Source: Callorhinchus milii (taxonomy: Eukaryota). Taken from it: a DNA stretch of 64,000 nucleotides. The stretch is from contig NW_024704742.1 in assembly GCF_018977255.1 (NCBI RefSeq), positions 43,216,001-43,280,000 on the forward strand. The letters are read 5' to 3'. Positions 1-11,944 of the stretch are shown here, piece by piece (positions within the stretch are counted from its first letter, which is position 1; each line of letters starts with the position of its first letter). The position numbers were made by a program, and so were the translations under genes. The notes under the pieces are model-generated. The model was not told where the DNA came from. It did not search any database and saw nothing but the letters and a program-made list of their open reading frames with translations.

Positions 1-26
1 AGAGAGAGAGAGAGAGAGAGAGAGAA
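1..26. repeat. (AG)n microsatellite, truncated by window edge
   Basis: Perfect AG dinucleotide run from base 1. Confidence 0.97.
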
Positions 27-174
27 AAGGCAGCAACAACACACAGTGTGTTGACAGTAACAACGACATAAGGTGGAGAACTATGCTGTGGCTCTGTCAA
101 GAAAAAAAAATTTGCTGTGAAATTCAAATACGCACACGAACCCTCCCTGATAGTGATCAGTGTGTGGAAGCAGT

Positions 175-490
175 CAGTGAGTGATCTGTGCTGTGCTGTG
201 CAGCCCTGTGCCTGTGCTGTGCTGTGCCAGCAGTGCAGCTGACTGCCCTGCGTCACACCGCACCCGTGCTCACCAGCCCCCACTCTCAGCTGTGTCGTCA
301 ATGGTGAGAGCAAGAGAGCAAAGCAGCCCCTGGCCAGGCTCCTCTCCTCCTCTCCTCTCCTCTCCTCTCCAGAGGGACAGGCCGGGGAGGCTGCTCACAC
401 CTGCTGGTGCCTGTGCTGAGCCACATCACTGGAGGCCTGGGGCAAGTTGCAACGTCCTGGGACATGGAGCGTTGTGGTATAAGGAGATCC
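175..490. promoter_or_regulatory. Candidate promoter / 5' UTR first-exon region of an unidentified gene
   Basis: GC-rich segment with several CpGs, unlike the AT-rich remainder. Contains (CTGTG)n at ~186-226 and (TCTCC)n at ~339-370, ATG|GTGAGA at 301-309 (+), a Kozak-like gacATGG at ~461-467 (+), and an alternative CTG|GTGAGC donor on - at ~267-275. No TE similarity recognised. Confidence 0.35.
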
Positions 491-629
491 ACAAGAGAGG
501 TTTAAATAAGATATATACACACACACAGTATGTAATAAAGTCATCTCTCTCTCTCTATATATATATATATTGAACTGCTGATCAGTGTTTTACGGATTGC
601 ATTGCACTGTTAACAATATAGTTTTCTTT

Positions 630-1000
630 TACTCCCCTCCACCTTTCTCCTCTGTAGTTTGTCATTGCTGATTGGTGCATTGGGGGCATCAATCTAACAG
701 GATGTTCCACAAGTGGTCATTTTTCATAGCTGAGCCTGAACAGTGAACATCTGACTATCTGGACATCATACCGAGCCTGATCCTGTCGCCAGCCCCCAAC
801 TATGGTATTTCCAGTTAGGAAGATGGCTCAATGGATCAATCAGCAATGGGAATTTTCTCCTCCCTCGCCCTGGGGATACCAAGGTCAATTTTGTTTCTCG
901 CTCCCAGGTCATCTAACTAAGCACAGAACATGGATCCAGGACTTTCCTTCTTTATATGGTTCAGTAACAAATTAAAGCTCTGCATTTTATCCAGAGCAGT
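630..1000 (-). mobile_element. Old SINE-like repeat, family C (diverged copy)
   Basis: Reverse complement aligns by eye with 34150-34530 (caagtggtcatttttcat vs atgaagaatgaccacttg; cgagcctgatcctgtc vs gacatgatcaggcttg). Confidence 0.6.
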
Positions 1001-1539
1001 GGGTGTTTTTTGTTCAAGATAGCACAATTGCAATGAGCTCTTTTCTTCACACAAGCAGGCACAAGTGTTAGAGACATTTCAACTTTAAAGACAGGAATGA
1101 TTTAATTTCATGATACAAGCTATTTTGATTGCACCCTAAGAAGCCCGCTGAGCGTGAATGTGTAAAAGTAACAGAACTCGCTTCCCTTTTGCCAATTTGC
1201 AGATTGTGTGATAAGAGTGTTAGCTGATTAAACCTTATGTGTAAATGTGTACACTTAGGACAAAGGTCAGCATCTACAAAACAGAATAATAATGAACCTT
1301 GAAGGAATGCTAGTCAGGCAACGGTTGTTAAATCAGTCAATTATTACTGAAGATATCCAAGAGTTCAGTGTTTAATGTTACAATACATCAAGGGGACTGA
1401 ATTCGCCCCCAAATGTTTGTTCAATGGATCTTCTCTGATACACAGCTACCTCTTGCCTCATTCACTTCCCTCTCATGCAAGATACCATTTTCTGCAGGGG
1501 AATTTTTCTAGTTATGCAGCGTGATTCTGTGAGCAAGCC

Positions 1540-1790
1540 TGCATCAACAACATGCACTTTCTATAATGTCTCTCACGTAGGACAAACGTCTCAAAGAGCT
1601 TCACACCTACGATGGGAAAATCATCAAACAGGGTGGAAAGGAAGAGGGGTTTAAGGGTATCAACCAAAACAGAGGGTATCAATCACATGGTTAAAGAGAT
1701 TTGTTTAATTAAGTGAGGTTTGAAGGCAGGGAGAGGCAGTACAAAGCAAGAGGATTTGGGATTTCAGAGAGCAGGAGCATGACAGAAGAC
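1540..1790 (-). mobile_element. Degenerate L2 LINE 3' end
   Basis: caacaaca tail followed by tgcactttctataatgtctctcacgtaggac, matching the reverse complement of L2 tails elsewhere in the window. Confidence 0.6.
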
Positions 1791-2144
1791 TCCGGTATAC
1801 ATGATATAATGAATGAGCAGTAGACCACAGTTGGAAGAGCAGAGGACATAAGCTAATAACTGAGTGAACCAGTGCAGAGGTATAAACTTCTCTAGTCCAC
1901 AGGAGTCTTCTATACACCTTTTGCTCCTGGCTCTGTATCAGCATACCACACACAGTATTAAAGCCAAAGAAGCCTTGAAATACATTGCACCACGTGCTTC
2001 AGTCTGTACCACAAACCAAAGGATGTGGTGCATATACCATTTTTCCAGTATATAGGAAACATTGATATTGCATCTGGCAACCTCTTATTCACTGTACAGA
2101 TGCAAAACACAGTAATATAAATAACATTAAAACTTCTGCCCTGT

Positions 2145-2375
2145 GGAGTAGAAATCTTTCCTGGAACTAGCTTTCCTTTATTTTCTTAGCATATCAGAGT
2201 GTTCAGGGTTTAGTTATACTTAAATAATCTTAATTTTGAAGCCAGTTTTCTGTAAATGATTTTAAGAACTACAGCAAACCAGCATCCAAGTTAAGACTGA
2301 ATTCAACAATTTGCCAAATTATAGATGAATTGAAAAGTTACAAAAATGGATCTAGACCTTGGTGAATTTCTCCCC
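2145..2375. mobile_element. Palindromic MITE (GGGGTAGAAATT-type termini), copy 1
   Basis: Ends ggagtagaaat ... aatttctcccc; shares ctgaattcaacaatttgcca with the copy at 25781-26009; similar length (~230 bp). Confidence 0.7.
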
Positions 2376-2401
2376 TCTCCCTATGCTTTCATGGTCCTGG
2401 T

Positions 2402-2692
2402 GGAGTCCTGTAGCTCAGTGGTTAGAGCACTCGCAAGCAAGAGACCCGGGTTTGATTCCCTGTAGGGCAAGTTTCCTTACTCCACACTCCTGATAATATT
2501 CCCTCAAGAAAAAAAACAATAATAAATTGATCACTTCAATCCACTACTGTTTGTGGGACACTGCTGTGCGCAAGTAGCTGCCGCATTTCACCCACAAATA
2601 TACAGTTAATTCACTTTACAGTACATTCTATGAAGCGCTTTGAGACGCCTAGAAGACGTGAAAAGCGCTATACCAAATGCAAGGATTATTAT
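2402..2692 (+). mobile_element. tRNA-derived SINE family A, short form
   Basis: A box TAGCTCAGTGG, B-box-like GGTTTGATTCC, Deu-like core ctgtttgtgggacactgctgtgcgcaa, L2-like tail gtgaaaagcgctata..aaatgcaagg(att)n. Confidence 0.92.
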
Positions 2693-3334
2693 GGTGAAAA
2701 TGAGCAGGGTTTTCTCCCTACTCTCAATAAATCATTTGCAAGAAGACAGATCCACTTAAACCTCTTACCATTTCAGGAAAACCTGTAGTGGAAAATCAAA
2801 GGGTGCTGGTTCCCGTGACTGGATGACATGATTCAGAGTATAGTAAAGTTATACCAGTCAGTCAGTCGTCATAACAAAGCTGCCTACAGACGTCAAGGGA
2901 CCTCATCGCAGGTCTTTCCTTCTGCCAGTTCCTGCAGCTGTCTGTTCCTTGTCACAATTCCAGGTTTTACACCATATGACTTGGATTGCAGACATCTCCA
3001 GCTGCATATTTCACTTGGCAGTACATTCTCTGCCAATTTTGCAATTGTTTTACCGGCTGATAACAGTGTCTGCCAGATAAAACTCAATCCTGAATGGCGC
3101 CTATAGTACTGGCAGCAGCTTTACGCCACCAGTGTGGTTCAAGTAGGGTAATTGGGGTTAGGGAGGATTTTGTTTGAGAAGTTACTGTCCAGAACAGGAT
3201 ATGTATTTGTTTTAAAAGTACTTCTCTCATATCTGGCTATAGCACTGTGTTCAGCAGAGTTGAACTCATGTTGTAGTGATGTTGGATGGGGAGAGGAAAG
3301 GAAATCACAAAAATGTTTTGCCATTAATCATCCA

Positions 3335-4068
3335 CCCTGAAACTTCCATTAGGGTTAATTTCCACATGTACACAGATGACACCCAAATCTGCTTTCCACT
3401 CCACTCTTAATTCCAGATCCACTGATGTTCTATCCATTTGGCTGTCAAACATCAAGACCTGAATGAGCCTCAGAGTTTTACAACTCAGTATGAATACATG
3501 GAAGCCATACTTGTTAGCTCCAACTATTATCTCCTCGTTTCTGATTGACCTCCTCAAGGTCTCTTTCTCAAGCTCACCGAACAGGGTGGAACTTTGGTAT
3601 CCAGTTTGATCCTTAGCTTTTCTTTCTCCCTCACGTCTGGTCCCTAATCAAGACTGCTTTTCTTCACATTAAGTTTTCGCCTCGTCCACATTGCGTTTTC
3701 ACCTCTTTTTCACACCAAATGCTACTGAACGCTTACCTTCACCTTCATTAACATCCGCCTACATTTGTCTAATTTTAGTCGATTAGACTAGTCTCGGTTG
3801 TCTCCCTAGCTCCACCATCCATTGACCCAAATTTCACAGTAACCACACTTTACAGTATATCCTACGAAATGCTATGAGATATCATCCTGTTTATCAAAGG
3901 TAAGGATTGTTATTATTATTATTCTGATCCATAAGCTTTAATTCATCCAAAACGCCACTGCCCACATGCTCACCCACAGCAAACTCTGTGCTCCACTGTC
4001 CCCCTGTCTGCCCACCAGATCAATTTCAACCTCCTCACCCTCACCTATAAATCCCTTCACACCTTAAT
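3335..4068 (+). mobile_element. Old L2 LINE ORF2 remnant (RT region), interrupted by a SINE 3' fragment at ~3830-3923
   Basis: aatttccacatgtacacagatgacacccaa encodes NFHMYTDDTQ (degenerate YADD); downstream sequence parallels L2 at 46140-46750. Confidence 0.8.
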
Positions 4069-4074
4069 ACTGGT

Positions 4075-4393
4075 GGAGTCCTGTAGCTCAGTGGTTAGAG
4101 CACTCGCTTTGCAAGTGAGAGACCTGAGTTCAATTCCAGGCAGAGGGGGAAACCTTGGGCAAGTTTCCCTACTCCACACGCCTAATAATAATCCCTCCAA
4201 AACCAAAAACAATAATAAATTGGTCATTTTCAATCTACGACTGTTTGTGGGACATTGCTGTGCGCAATTGGCTGCCGCGTTCGCCCACAAATATACAGTC
4301 AATTCACTTTACAGTGTGTTCTGTGAAGCGCTTTGGGATGTCCTCCTGACATGAAAAGCACTATATTAAATGCAAGGATTATTATTATTATTA
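4075..4393 (+). mobile_element. tRNA(Ala-like)-derived SINE family A, short form, young copy
   Basis: Intact head with anticodon arm ctcgc-tttgcaa-gtgag (TGC), A/B boxes, Deu-like core, (ATT)n tail; nearly identical to the inverted copy at 10911-11233. Confidence 0.95.
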
Positions 4394-4687
4394 CTTCTCC
4401 GTCTTACTTGTTGTAGGTTAATTGAATCTTCATGCTGATAACCTTTCACTGTGCTTTGTCATAGGATGATATGGGAAGTGCCAATAAAGAAAGTCCTTCA
4501 GCACATTGATCTCATTCGTCCACAATGCCCACCCTACCATTATGGCATCAAATTGTTATCTAAATTAATTCAGTTCCTGGCCTCAACCATCGGGTTCCAC
4601 TATTATTCACCAAATGTAAAGAAATACTTCCTGGCATTTAGAATTGCCCAACACAACCTTCTTGCCCTGCTGTCTTGGTGTGTCTTT

Positions 4688-4870
4688 ATTTTACTCATTC
4701 TTGAGATGTGTGTGTGACTGGCAGAGTCAGCATATATTGCCCATCCCTAGTTACCCTGAGAAAGGAGTGTTGTTAGCAGCTTTCTTTTTGATCCACTGCA
4801 GCTTGTGAAGATGGTGCTCCAATGAAGTTTGGGAGGGAATTTCAAGATTTTGGCACAGCTGAATACTGAA
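4688..4870 (-). mobile_element. Probable LINE 3' end fragment (different family)
   Basis: cagcatatattgcccatccctagttaccctgagaa...gggagggaatttcaagatttt resembles a common chondrichthyan LINE tail (from recall; no second copy in window). Confidence 0.45.
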
Positions 4871-5208
4871 ATATTGTTCTGGGTTACTTTCTCTACCCCA
4901 TTTAGCACCCTATAATACGAAAAGATCCTCTCTGAAACAACTTCTTGGAAGTTAAGGAGCCCTAGATAATTAATAATAAATTGGGACCTGTCCTCATGTG
5001 GCGCAAATTTCCATTGAACACCACACTGAAACTGTACGAAAAGCACAGAATAAATCAGGTGTGAAATCTGAGGTCGCAAAAACTGAGGTTGTGTAGTGCC
5101 CACAAGATATACAGTCAATTCACTTTACAGTATATTCTGTGAAGCGCTTTAAGGCATCTCAAATACGTGATCAGGTGCTATATCAAATTATTATTATTAT
5201 TATTACAT

Positions 5209-5575
5209 GAAGTCCTATAGCTCAGTGGTTAGAGCACTCGCCTTGCTAGCGAGAGATCTGGGTTTGATTCTCGGCAGGGCGAAATGTTGGCCAAGTTTCC
5301 TTACTTCACACGCCTCTGTTTACCTAGCACTAAGTAGGAACCTGGTTGTTACTCGATTGGCAGGTCACTTTTCCAGGGGTAATAATTCCTTCAAAAAACA
5401 ATAACAATAAATGGGTCACTTCAATCCACAACTGTTTGTGGGACATTGCTGTGCGTAATTTGCTGTTGCATTTCACCCACAAAATACACAATCAATTCAC
5501 TTTACAGTATATTCTGCACTTTGAGATGTCCCAAAGACACGATAAAGCACTAGATCAAATGCAAGGATTATTACA
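5209..5575 (+). mobile_element. SINE family A, long form (extra ~65 bp central segment); directly follows the (ATT)n tail of a SINE fragment at ~5098-5205
   Basis: Same head and tail as the short form, plus ctctgtttacctagcactaagtaggaacctggttgttactcgattggcagg..., also seen at ~31302-31365. Confidence 0.92.
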
Positions 5576-5733
5576 TATAAGTATACAAATATATAAATAT
5601 ACAAATAATTTATATCAAATACAAGGTTTATTATTATTATAAAATAATTTACACCAGGACCTGACCTCTCAGACCACTTTGAAGAGATAGTTTCAATAAT
5701 ACATGGACTTGATACATTTTAGAATAAATGCAG

Positions 5734-7316
5734 ATCATAGAATCATAGAATTGTACAGCACAAAAAAAGGCCATTCGGCCCATCGAGTTTGTACCGGCTC
5801 TTTGAATAGAGCAATTAAAGTCAATCTCACTCCCCAGCCCTTTCCCTATAACCCTGCAAACCTGTCCTCCTCAAATACCCGTCCACCGCGTTTTTAAAAG
5901 TAGTTATCGAATCGGCCTCAACCACCCTTTCAGGCAATGCGTTCCAGATTCGAACAACTCGCTGCGTGAAAAAATTTCTTCTCACCTCCCCTCTGCTTCT
6001 TTTAGATACTGTTTTGAATCTGTGACCTCAAGTCACCGACACACCCACCAGTGGAAACAGTTTTTCCCTTTCTAACCTATCAAATCCCCTCATGATTTTG
6101 AAAACCTCTATTAGGTCTCCTCGTAACCTTCTCTGCTCCAATAAGAATAATCCCATCCTCTCTAGCCTTTCCTCATAATCAAGGTCCCTCATTCCTGGTA
6201 CCATCCTCGTAAATCTCCTCTGCACTCTTTCCAATGTCTTAACATCCTTCCTATAGTGTGGTGTCCAGAACTGGGTGCAATATTCTAACTGAGGCCTAAC
6301 CATTGTTTTATATAGGTTAATCATAACCTCCTGACTCTTGTACACTATGCCCCTATTTATAAAGCCTAGTATCCCACATGCCCTTTTTACAGCTTTACTT
6401 ACCTGTCCTGCCACCTTCAAGGATTCATTTATCTGCACCCCTAGGTCTCTCTGTTCTTTTACCCCCCTTAAGATTGTATTATCTCGCCTATTTTGCCTCC
6501 CGTCTTTCTTTCTTCCAAAATGCATTACCTCGCATTTCTGCACATTGAAACTCATCTGCAATGTGTCTGCCCAATTTACCATTCTGTCTATGTCTTTCTG
6601 CAGTTGGCTCCTATCCTTCTCACTGTTTACTACCCTACCTAACTTTGTGTGGTCCGCAAACTTCGTATATCCAAGTCCAGATCATTTATGTATATTACGA
6701 AGAGCAGTGGTCCCAATAGCGATCCCTGGGGGACGCCACTGTACACTTCCCTCCAGTCAGAAAAGCAGCCATTCACCATAACTCTCTGCTTTCTGTCTCC
6801 CAGCCAATTCTGGATCCATACTGCCATGGCTGTCCCTAATTAACCCATATACTTCTTAGCGAAGATGTATTCTGTCCCGGATTATAGTCTCCAGGAGTTT
6901 CCCCACTACTGATGTTAGGCTGACGGGCCTGTAGTTCCCAGGTTTATCCTTCTGCCCCTTTTTGTACAGGGGAGTAACATTAGCCACTCTCCAGCCCTCT
7001 GGCACCACTCCTGTGTCCAACGAAGATTGAACAATTGTAGCCAAAGCCTCCGCTATTTGTACCTGTGCCTCCCATAGTAACCTTGGCTGCATCCCATCCG
7101 GACCAAGTGACTTATCTACCTTCAGCGCAGTCAACCTTTTCAGTATTTCCTCTCTGTTTATACCTATCCTATCCATTTCCTCTACCCTCTTCTCCGATAC
7201 TGCAGCATTTGGTGCATCCACTCCTTTTGTGAAGATAGATGCAAAGTACTCATTCTGTACGTCAGCCATGCCCTCTGCCTCCACAATAAGATTTCCGCCT
7301 TGGTCCTTAATTGGGC
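5734..7316 (-). mobile_element. 5'-truncated CR1 LINE (ORF2 reverse transcriptase remnant)
   Basis: (TTCTATGA)n tail at ~5734-5750; ORFs 6856-7284 (NYRPVSLTSVVGKLLE), 6639-6827 ([14 protein letters not shown]), 6028-6582 (LYKTMVRPQLEYC, RRLRGDLIEVFK); frameshifts and deletions. Confidence 0.97.
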
Positions 7317-8429
7317 CATGGGGGAAATCTTATTGTGGTGGCAGAGGGCATGGCTGATGTGCTGCAAATCAGATTGTCATCCACTCAAACATGGCCCCAT
7401 AAAAGTGAATCAAAGAATAGCTCATGAATTTTTAAGGGGAGTTTTTCATATTAATAAAGAGGCGTCATCGCACAATGGGAATTACAGATCTTTCAAATCT
7501 CTCCTCGTCTATTCCATCAGGATAAAGTAGCCATGGGGTGCCAGCGGGATAATATAGAACATAAAATACAAACTTACAGTGAAATAGTTAATTGTTTGGC
7601 TTTGGTGACTAGTTTTATTTGACTTGCCTTAAATTGTGAGGGCCTCCACCAATATGTTCCCATGCATTTTTTTAAAAAAGACTCCTTAGAATACAAAAGC
7701 ATGGTAGTTATGGTACAATCAAGGGTATTCATAGACGATTATTTTTTAACTAATTTGTAGCCTGGTGACCCAAAGTCTGAATTAGACTGTTCATTTGGAC
7801 CAGCCATGGTGACTGAGGGGGAAGAAATGGGAGAATCTCTCTCTGTTATAATTTTTTTTAGAAAAGGCCAGTCCTTCACAAAGTGTGTGTTGGTTGGGGT
7901 GGATGGGTGGGGAAGGGCTGTCATCCATGTTATTTTAATTGGCTTAATTTCAGCCACGTTTGAGTTTTATCCCAAAGGATGAATGGCAGGGTTATCTGGA
8001 GAATCACTGGCCAGGGCAGCAGGAGAAACTCCCTTCTCTTTTTGAATAGTGCCAGGGGATTTAACATCCAAGATTGCCTTCTCCAAAGGACAGCACATAT
8101 GATGCTCCCCCAGTACTGTTCAAAGTCCCAACATTAGGCTTGAATCCCCAACCTTCTGAGGCAGAGATGACAGTGTTACTGATTGACCCAAGCTGAATAT
8201 GTATTACACATTCCCGTTTCAATTTGCTATGTGCTTGCCACAGTATTCTACTCATCTTAATGGGATTTGAGGCAATCTTTGAAAAACCTGCAGCAATGAA
8301 ATAATATTGTGTAACAAAATATTGAAGTTTGTGCTACAATATTGCTTCAGGGATTCCAGTTAGATGTACAATTTAGCAAAACCAGCTCCTAACCACAGAA
8401 ACTTTTGTAAAGTTCATTTCCAACCATCC

Positions 8430-8845
8430 ATTAATCTGTTTCAAAATGACACTGGTTCCCAGGATTAGAAAAACAAGCTACAGGGAATGACTAGATAAAC
8501 TAGGGCTCTTCAGCCTTCAAAAGAGACATCTCAGAGGGAACTTTGTTGAGGTTTTCAAGATTCTAATGAATACAGACAGTAAACCTAGAGCAATATTTTC
8601 AGATATGTCAGCAGCACAAGAGGTCACAGGTTCAGGGATATGAAGGACAATTTTAAGGTAGACACCAGGAAGTATTTCTTTACATTGAGGGTAACTAACA
8701 GCTTGATCAGGTTACCAGGAAAGTGCCCAAGGCCAAGACACTGAGATTTTTAAAGAACGTTTCATGTCATAATGAGAAGACTTTATGGTCTAAATTCTGG
8801 TAGGATGAGATCAAATGAGTCAAACTCCCCTTGTGATCCTGCAAA
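8430..8845 (+). mobile_element. Old CR1 3' fragment
   Basis: ctagggctcttcagccttcaaaagagacatctcagaggg encodes LGLFSLQKRHLRG, the CR1 ORF2 C-terminal motif. Confidence 0.8.
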
Positions 8846-9739
8846 CTAACTGAATGGGATATTCCTGTTTACAATTTAAAGGAATACAATTGTTGTTAAT
8901 TCTGTATCTATGTTGTTTACAAAATATAGGCATGTGCTGCTCAAATGGACTGTTGCTGACAGTGCCTCATGTTGGGTGCTACTGTTACTGAAGTGAGTTT
9001 TTGTATTAATTGCACACTATTTCCTCCTACTACTGCACTACTCAACTAAAGGAATACTGCTAAAAGCAATAGTGCATCCCAGCCATCACTTCTGAATAAA
9101 GAGGCAATGACAGACAGTCTCTCTCGTACGTCTCTCATGTTAAAATAAATCATCTGTTACACACTACATGCAAACCTCTATGGAACTGAGTCAGCTTTTT
9201 GTTGAGCCCACGGTTACACTACAACTCATATTTCAGCACAAATCAGAAAGAAATATTTCTAAAATTCTATAATTGACAGTGTTCAGAGCCTGCTATTCTG
9301 GGAGTATTTGAAACAGCAACATTTTGACAGACACTAAAAATACATTTCACACAAATCAAATCGCAATGTGGGAAAAAGTAAAATATTTTGCTTATTTGAA
9401 ATAAAAGGGAAAAACATCAAAACAATCAACAAATCATCATTTATAGGGAAAGCATATACATGATATTTAGAGCTTGCAGAATTCATAACTATGGGGTAAA
9501 ATTTAAGGAGTTTCTTAACCTAAAAGATAAGTAGCATGAGTAGCAGATTTGTGAAATGTTTTGGGATTATGGAAACTGAACAAGAGAGCCTCTGAATTTT
9601 TTATTGCTTTAATTTAAAAAATTTGATTTACGTGAAATGTACTTTTAGGGTCTGTCAAATTGTTGCTGTTTCCTATTACTTAACTAGACCAGCGTTAGTG
9701 CCGCAATTGGGACTTACATTGCTCCCGATTTCTTAAAAA

Positions 9740-10162
9740 AAACCTTACATTTGATACAGCTGCTTTCAAATTAGGAGAATATTTCAAAGCATTTCACAGG
9801 ATATACTGTAACGTGGAGTGATTATGTATGTTATGAGCGAACACAGTATCCAAATTGCTCTCAGCAATGTCCCACAAATAGCCGTGAAACAAATGACCAA
9901 TTTTATTTGGGTGAGTGTTGGCCAAGCAACTTGTTTCTATTTTCGAATTGTGCCACAGGATCTTCAATGTCCACCTGAACAAGCAGGTGGAACCTCAGTT
10001 TAACATCTCACCCAAAGGACAGCACCTCCAACAATGCAGCATACCCCTAGTATGCAATTGGAGCGTTAGCTCGGGCTATATGAGTTCCCGATCCTGCAGT
10101 GGGGCTTGAACCTACAACTGCCTGTCTCAGAGGCAAGAGTGCTTCCAACTGAGCCAGGCTGA
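9740..10162 (-). mobile_element. tRNA-derived DeuSINE family B
   Basis: Reverse-strand head tcagcctggctcagttggaagcactcttgcctctgag, B-box-like ggttcaagccc, Deu domain (caggtggacattgaagatcc, tgtgggacattgctg), L2-like tail. Confidence 0.88.
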
Positions 10163-10910
10163 AACTGCTGTTGGGGATGATTTCTTATTCACTCTGTCAA
10201 TCACTTGCAGGAAGTGAGAGAAGCAATTCAAGCAACATTGAGATAATAATCACATACACAGAGTCCAAATGCTACAATAATCTGATAGCCACAGTGAAAA
10301 AACATTATGTATTCTATGGCCAAAATTGTTTAATAGATTTTTTTAAAAAGATTGGGTACCATTTACATGTTCATCAAAATGAGAACCATCAGTGTTTGGG
10401 AAATGACTATTTCTTCCACTACTGTCACTAAGTGTCAGTATGAAGCAGTTTCACATCAGTGTGAAGCAAGTGAGCAATTTACGCAGATAACACGTCATTG
10501 TTTAAGTAAAAAAAAGTCTGCAAACAACAAAACACAATCCTTGAAAATCTAGTTAAAAATCAAGGCAAGGACCCTACTTCAAAGAGAACCCTGTTGTGCT
10601 TCATTATCTCTTTTCATTATAAAGAGAGAGAGAGTTCACTCTAAGATTAGACAATTGTACCAGCTAGCAGTTCAAAGAGGTCTTACAATACAAATTGCTC
10701 TATTTGAGAGATCTTGTTCCTGTAGGAGGGGAGTTGATGTGTCACAGAGAAGGCAAACTGCCTGTTCCTAAGAGAAGGATGTTTACCGTTTTTTAAAAAG
10801 AGCATGTGTTCTTAGAGCACCTTATCAGCTAACAAGATAATTACTATCAAATGTCTACATTAGACACTTAGACATAAATTGTTGTGCAGCAACAATTTAA
10901 ACCAATAAGG

Positions 10911-11233
10911 TAATAATAATAATAATTCTTGCATTTGATATAGCGCTTTTCACGTCAGGAGGACGTCCCAAAGCGCTTCACAGAACACACTGTAAAGTGA
11001 ATTGACTGTATATTTGTGGGCGAACGCGGCAGCCAATTGCGCCCAGCAATGTCCCACAAACAGCCGTAGATTGAAAATGACAAATTTATTATTTTTTTTT
11101 GGTTTTGGAAGGATTATTATTAGGCTCTGTGTGGAGTAAGGAAACTTGCCCAAGGTTTCGCCCTCTGCCTGGAATTGAACTCAGATCTCTCGCTTGCAAA
11201 GCAAGTGCTCTAACCACTAAGCTACAGGACTCC
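10911..11233 (-). mobile_element. SINE family A, short form, young copy
   Basis: Reverse complement nearly identical to 4075-4393; (AAT)n at left end. Confidence 0.95.
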
Positions 11234-11642
11234 ACAAGGTACCACAGCCTGATGATGAATGACCAATTAATCCAGAAAATTATTGGCCAAGACACTGGGA
11301 GAACGTCCCTTTTATTTTTGATAACTGGCAATGGATCTTTAATGTCAATGTGAACAAGTATACAGATCCTCAGTTTAACTTATCAACTGAAAAAATAGCA
11401 CCTCCAATTCTAAAACAGTGTCTTCGTGAAGAATATGGTTTTGAGTCCTGATGTAGGGCTTGAATCCAGAGTGATAGTGCTACCAACAGAGCCAAGCTTG
11501 TACAAGACAGGCTGATAGAATTTAAAGTCTGCAGCTTTTTAAAAAGATCAAAAAGGAATCAGCTGTTTAAAAGGGTACATGATAAACCTATTAAGAACTT
11601 TCTCTTTGTTGTGCCAATAGCTTTCTTAGGTTTTATATTTTA

Positions 11643-11897
11643 CTGAGAGGCCCTGGGTTCGATTCCCGGCAGGATGAAACCTTGGGCAAGTTTCCTTATT
11701 CTACATGCCCGATAATAAACCCTCAAGAAAAAAATAATAATAAATTGGTCACTTCAATCCACGCCTGTTTGTGGGACACTGCTGTGCACAATTGGTTTCG
11801 CCCACAAATATACAGTCAATTCACTTTACTGTGAAGCTCTTTGAGACGTTGAGAAGACGTGAAAAGCACTGTATCAAATGCAAGGCTTATTATTATT
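11643..11897 (+). mobile_element. SINE family A, 5'-truncated
   Basis: B box gggttcgattcc, gggcaagtttcc, Deu-like core and (ATT)n tail. Confidence 0.88.
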
Positions 11898-11944
11898 GTC
11901 TCATCAGTGACATTTACATGTCAATCTCACAATCAAGAACAGCG

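Noticed and set aside
181..573. 130-aa ORF on +
   Set aside because: GTG start, runs through three microsatellites, low-complexity product with no recognisable domain.
4075..4146. tRNA-Ala(TGC)-like gene
   Set aside because: No proper acceptor stem, and it continues into a SINE body repeated many times; it is a SINE head.
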